A DNA stretch of 12,022 bases, taken from contig SHMW01000106.1 in NCBI GenBank assembly GCA_008080735.1, forward strand, positions 1-12,022. The letters run 5' to 3'. Positions within the stretch are counted from its first letter, which is position 1. Each line of letters starts with the position of its first letter. This document shows, in pieces, positions 8,172-12,022 of this stretch. A program made the position numbers and the translations under genes. The DNA comes from Promethearchaeota archaeon. GTDB lineage: Archaea; Asgardarchaeota; Lokiarchaeia; Sigyniarchaeales; SOKP01. The notes under the pieces were generated by a model. That model was not told the origin of the DNA. It was given only the letters and a program-made list of their open reading frames with translations, and ran no database searches.

Positions 8172-9860
8172 TTAGGGTATCATCTCGGGAGGCGGGACTT
8201 TTAAGCAAAAGCCGCATTTTCCAAAGGATTTTATCGTTTGATCCCAACAATGCTTATGATAGACCCGATCACAGGAAGGACAAGCAATATGACACGCATC
8301 TTCATCGGATCCTGCAATTTTAAGAGAGCATGTGGGACAATCGATCTGATGACAAATCACGCATGCAACTACAGAAACCTCGAAAATTTTCTTAGAAATA
8401 AGATTAAATAAGTCCACGAGATAACTGTAAGGAGTCCATTCATCAAAAAAATCCTCAAAAGACGCATGTAAGTCCTCCCTACTCTTTTCATGGGTCTCCA
8501 AGTCAAATTCATTAATAACTGAGACTTTTGGAATACTCATCGGATAATCTCGGGGTAATTCGATTTTAAATTCAAAGGTTAAGTCCTCTGTTTTCATTTT
8601 TCCTTTCATATCTACTCGAAGGGTGTCAGTTGAGGGATCATAGGAAATATTTTGGTAATGTTCCTTGAGTAATTCGAGTTCAAAATTAATACGAGAATTC
8701 TTATCAACTAGCCATGCTAATTCCCTTATCACATCTATCGGTTCGGATTCCTTAGGGACCCAATTTTGGATAGAGGTTAAATCCTTAACGGGTCGTTTTA
8801 GGATCTCTCGTAGTTCAGCAGAGATATCGATCGAAGGAGGATTGGGATAAGGTTCCAAATCAATATGGATCACATATTCATCAAAACCATATGTGAGAAG
8901 ATGAACCTTTATCCGAGTTAATGAACTTGGATCGGGTTCAAATTGAAATTCTTGAGAGATTTTCCGTAATTGTTCTTCTAGCGTCTTCAAACTGAATAAT
9001 TTTGTTTCAAGTTCATGAAGAACATCGATTATGTGGGGATTTTTAGAACTATCCCAAGATATTAAGGTCTGTAAATTTGTATATGGATCTCCAATTATGG
9101 CTTTAACCTCGTTAGGAAATATTATATTTGGTTTCTGAGGATAATTGGAAAAATCTATATCAATAAGAAAGGTTCGGGTCAAGGTGATCGTGAGATATAC
9201 TATAATATGTGCAGGTTTATCTCCTTTTTCGTCATATGCATACTCTTGTTGAATAAGAGCTAATTCAGTCGTACCTTCAAGACTTTCTGAATCAGTATCT
9301 ATGAATAATTCCTCAGGGGAAGTGACCGCATTTTCGGGTATGATAAATTCATGTTCACTATAATCTTGTGATGGTGATTGAGGTTGAGATTGTGTTGGAG
9401 ATTCCGATCTTCTTGTGGGTTCATCATAAAACAACTCATCTCCCGTAGGAGTAAATATGGAAGGGTCTATCTCCTCTTCGGGAGGATATCTATTGAGATC
9501 GGGTGTTATATATTCCTCAATTTCCTCCTCGTCTTGATCCTCAATACTCCTAGGAGGATTTAATTTATTCTGAATTTTTATATAGAGCTCATCCACCACA
9601 CTTAACACATTGCTTTCATGAGACCATTGTTCAAGCCCCTCAAGAGTCGGTTCGCCCAATAGAGTGAGAATATCATCATCATACACGAGATGTGGAGGAA
9701 CTTGAGGAAATTGTTCTGGAAATTTAATTTCTAACTCGTATTTTTTATCATTTGTTTTATGGATGTATCCATACAAATGAGAAATATCTCCCGAAACCAT
9801 CCAAAAGGAATATTTCGATGCTAATTGTTGCGCTTCCTTCAAAACTCTCTGTCTGTCCAT
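8172..9860 (-). CDS. Protein with four catalytically inactive UBC/RWD(UEV)-like repeats and a C-terminal RING-variant zinc domain; putative E3 ubiquitin ligase
   Basis: Four units of about 100 aa, each with an (F/Y)PxxP motif and a downstream Trp plus helix: FPEQFPQVPP..W, FSNYPQKP..W, LEPYPNPP..W, LPRDYPMSIP..W. No Cys in aa 1-499. C-terminus CVIC..CPTC..CH..CPSC..HKHC..CGFC. Confidence 0.8.
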   Translation of the reverse strand: MDRQRVLKEAQQLASKYSFWMVSGDISHLYGYIHKTNDKKYELEIKFPEQFPQVPPHLVYDDDILTLLGEPTLEGLEQWSHESNVLSVVDELYIKIQNKLNPPRSIEDQDEEEIEEYITPDLNRYPPEEEIDPSIFTPTGDELFYDEPTRRSESPTQSQPQSPSQDYSEHEFIIPENAVTSPEELFIDTDSESLEGTTELALIQQEYAYDEKGDKPAHIIVYLTITLTRTFLIDIDFSNYPQKPNIIFPNEVKAIIGDPYTNLQTLISWDSSKNPHIIDVLHELETKLFSLKTLEEQLRKISQEFQFEPDPSSLTRIKVHLLTYGFDEYVIHIDLEPYPNPPSIDISAELREILKRPVKDLTSIQNWVPKESEPIDVIRELAWLVDKNSRINFELELLKEHYQNISYDPSTDTLRVDMKGKMKTEDLTFEFKIELPRDYPMSIPKVSVINEFDLETHEKSREDLHASFEDFFDEWTPYSYLVDLFNLISKKIFEVSVVACVICHQIDCPTCSLKIAGSDEDACHIACPSCDRVYHKHCWDQTIKSFGKCGFCLKVPPPEMIP

Positions 9861-10062
9861 TCGCTCGGCCTTATGAGAATAATTATTTTAAGCTCTAATA
9901 AAAGAATGAAAATGCAATCTTAAAAATTTTTATTTATTAGAAAGGGGGAATCTTCTTATTAAATCAAACTATTCTTAACTAATCTTTAAACCAGTAATAA
10001 AATAAGAATAAAAGATGGAGAAACTAAAACAAGTACATCCATATATAATATTCGAATAACTA

Positions 10063-10080
10063 GGAAGGAGTAAAAAAGAT
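10063..10080 (-). terminator. Possible oligo-T terminator of the Rab-like gene
   Basis: ATCTTTTTTACTCCTTCC directly after the stop on the - strand. Confidence 0.4.
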
Positions 10081-10611
10081 TTAACCTTGAGTTCTGGATT
10101 CAATTATCCGTCTTGTTAATTCAGTAAACGCATCATCAACGTTTTCTCCCGTCTTGGCTGAAGTTTCAATGTAAATGCTCCCCTCGTTCTCCGCAAAGCT
10201 TCTCGCCTCGTTTTGATCGATAACTCTCCCAACATCTTCTAATAAATCTGCTTTATTTCCAATTAATATGAAGGGAATATCCTCTCCAGCAAACTGTCGT
10301 ATTTCCGTAAGCCATTTTCTTGTTTCATTGTAGGTTTGTTCACGCGTGAGGTCGAAAACTAATAAAGCTCCTGCCGCTCCCTTGTAAAATGTACTTCTGA
10401 TAAATTCAAAACGTTGCTGGCCTCCAATATCCCATATTGATAATGTGGCGATCTCCCCAGGCTTGAATTCGACATCTTTGGTCAAGATATCAACGCCCAC
10501 AGTCAATTTGTAGTTCTGCTGGAAGCGGTTCTTGATGAAGCGCTGGACCAAGCTTGTTTTTCCCACCGCGGCCGCGCCCGTTAATAGGACTTTCAATTTG
10601 AAACTTGACAT
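10081..10611 (-). CDS. Rab-like small GTPase (Ras superfamily)
   Basis: G1 GAAAVGKT, G2 YKLTVGVDI, G3 WDIGGQ, G4 NKAD, G5 ETSAK. RabF-like motifs VGVDI, TLSIW, RFEFIR, FYKGA, LVFDLT. No C-terminal Cys. Confidence 0.95.
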   Translation of the reverse strand: MSSFKLKVLLTGAAAVGKTSLVQRFIKNRFQQNYKLTVGVDILTKDVEFKPGEIATLSIWDIGGQQRFEFIRSTFYKGAAGALLVFDLTREQTYNETRKWLTEIRQFAGEDIPFILIGNKADLLEDVGRVIDQNEARSFAENEGSIYIETSAKTGENVDDAFTELTRRIIESRTQG

Positions 10612-10904
10612 TCAATCACTTTTTTCAATTTCAATATTATATTAAATTAATATAGTAAATCCTATTTAATTATTTATTTACTTTAAATATGAATAAATTT
10701 AGGTTTTTTATATTTTTGCTAAAACCAAATTTGGTATAATGTAAGAATTAATGTTGGTTATAATAATTTATTTATTATTCCCTTTAATTTCAAGTATCTT
10801 AGAGATTCATTTGTTAAAATCTTAATTATTGATTATTAGCGCAGTTATTTCGACAGAAAGAAGGGCCAATAGATGGAACCAGATATGTACTAAAAGAGAT
10901 GAAG

Positions 10905-11083
10905 TTATAGATAGCTTGGGATTTTTTTATATTTAAGATGATATACATCTTCCCAATCATCTAATTCTTCTTGGGTAAGAATATGAATATGGAATGGATG
11001 ATATAGAGATAATCCCGCCTCTCTTCTATTTTCGATGAGATTTCAGTGCATAATAAACGGTTTTGAGGGATTTCCACAATGAG
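10905..11083 (-). pseudogene. Probable frameshifted remnant of a minimal nucleotidyltransferase (MNT) gene, C-terminal half
   Basis: One frame reads LIVEIPQNRLLCTEISSKIEER (11083-11018); after a 1-nt shift the next reads AGLSLYHPFHIHILTQEELDDWEDVYHLKYKKIPSYL* (11018-10905). Joined, this resembles the archaeal MNT C-terminus 'IEExAGLxxYHPFxIHxxTxEE' as recalled from memory. Confidence 0.55.
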
Positions 11084-11211
11084 CTTTCTAAAACTGATTA
11101 AACATTGTTATGGATCAATTTTAGATATTTTTTATTGTTTTAAAATCAAAATATCAATAACTCGACATTTTGCTTCGAATATAATAATATGACAAATTTT
11201 ATTTATGAAAA

Positions 11212-11973
11212 TTAGGTTTTTTTAATCTGGATTTTAAATATATTTCTATCTTTTTTTGTGTTTGATATCGCAAATTTGGTCTTTTTAGCTAACTTTAGGT
11301 ATGAATTCATAGTTCTTTCCTTATTCCATTTAACTGCATAGCCAGTTTCTATGGTTTTCCCATCTAATTCAATTTCAAGTTTAATTCCATAAAAGTTCTT
11401 TTTGTTTGTGAAGTTTTCAGGGATCATAAGATCCCAGATGGTGAAAATACCGTCTTTTTTTAGGACTCTGTAAACCTCTCGAAACACTTGACTAAGATCC
11501 TTAAGCGGAATATATAATAAAGAAAAAAATGCCGTTGCTGAATCAAAAGTCTCATCTAGAAACTTTAATTCCCGGGCATCCATTATAATCTTAAGGCTTT
11601 TATTATCTCCATTTTCTCGAGCTTCTTTGAATTCTGGTTCGCTAATATCTATTGAAACCACATTTCGTCCTATTAATTGTCCGATTACACCTTCTCCCCC
11701 ACCTCCAATATCTAAAACTCTTCCTTCATTATTAAGGGATGAGGATTTTAGAATAATGGTTTGTTGGTTCACCCACTGCAAAGTTTCTGTGATGAATAGT
11801 TCTTTAAGTTTGGGGAGTTCGAACCTTGAAATATACCATTCTTCTTGATGTTTTATTCCCGCTATTTTCTTATCTTCAATATAATTTAATAACATTTCAA
11901 TTGAAAATATTCCTTGGAATTCATTCACAACCTCTTCCAAATTTAAATAATTTTCTAAATTAATTTTTTCCAT
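11212..11973 (-). CDS. Class I SAM-dependent methyltransferase with an N-terminal excisionase/HTH_17-like domain
   Basis: Motif I VLDIGGGGEG, SIDIS, MDARELKFLDETFD, EVYRVLKKDG. N-terminal YLNLEEV...IEDKKIAGIKHQEEWYISR matches the HTH_17 pattern. Confidence 0.88.
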   Translation of the reverse strand: MEKINLENYLNLEEVVNEFQGIFSIEMLLNYIEDKKIAGIKHQEEWYISRFELPKLKELFITETLQWVNQQTIILKSSSLNNEGRVLDIGGGGEGVIGQLIGRNVVSIDISEPEFKEARENGDNKSLKIIMDARELKFLDETFDSATAFFSLLYIPLKDLSQVFREVYRVLKKDGIFTIWDLMIPENFTNKKNFYGIKLEIELDGKTIETGYAVKWNKERTMNSYLKLAKKTKFAISNTKKDRNIFKIQIKKT

Positions 11974-12022
11974 TTTCTAATTATTTAGTACTCCTTAAAT
12001 TATTAATAAATAATACCCGAAC

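Noticed and set aside
8364-9860. Active E2 ubiquitin-conjugating enzyme
   Set aside because: No HPN motif and no Cys in any of the four repeats.
8665-11848. Short + strand ORFs 8665-8850, 9378-9563 and 11627-11848
   Set aside because: Antisense shadows of supported genes.
11974-12022. Possible 3' end of an upstream - strand gene (VGYYLLII*)
   Set aside because: Too short to distinguish from AT-rich intergenic DNA.

Overview
AT-rich archaeal DNA, most likely an Asgard archaeon of the Lokiarchaeia type. That assignment is inferred from gene content and GGTGA/GGAGGTGA-type Shine-Dalgarno sites, not from a marker gene. The window holds 11 coding regions (one truncated by the left edge) and one probable pseudogene remnant. 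Housekeeping or metabolic genes are a partial UPF0280/ApbE-like gene, a PHP hydrolase, an extended SDR coupled to a small membrane protein, aspartate kinase and a SAM methyltransferase. They are interspersed with eukaryote-like genes: (i) a roadblock-like gene directly followed by a longin-Arf-like GTPase with a long disordered tail, whose real start appears to be a non-canonical ATT at 1021; (ii) a Rab-like GTPase; (iii) a 562-aa protein with four Cys-free UBC/RWD-like repeats and a C-terminal C4HC3-type RING-like zinc domain, resembling the FANCL E3-ligase architecture; (iv) a stand-alone 7TM protein. No RNA genes, CRISPR arrays or mobile elements were recognised. All domain calls are by eye from motifs; no searches were run.
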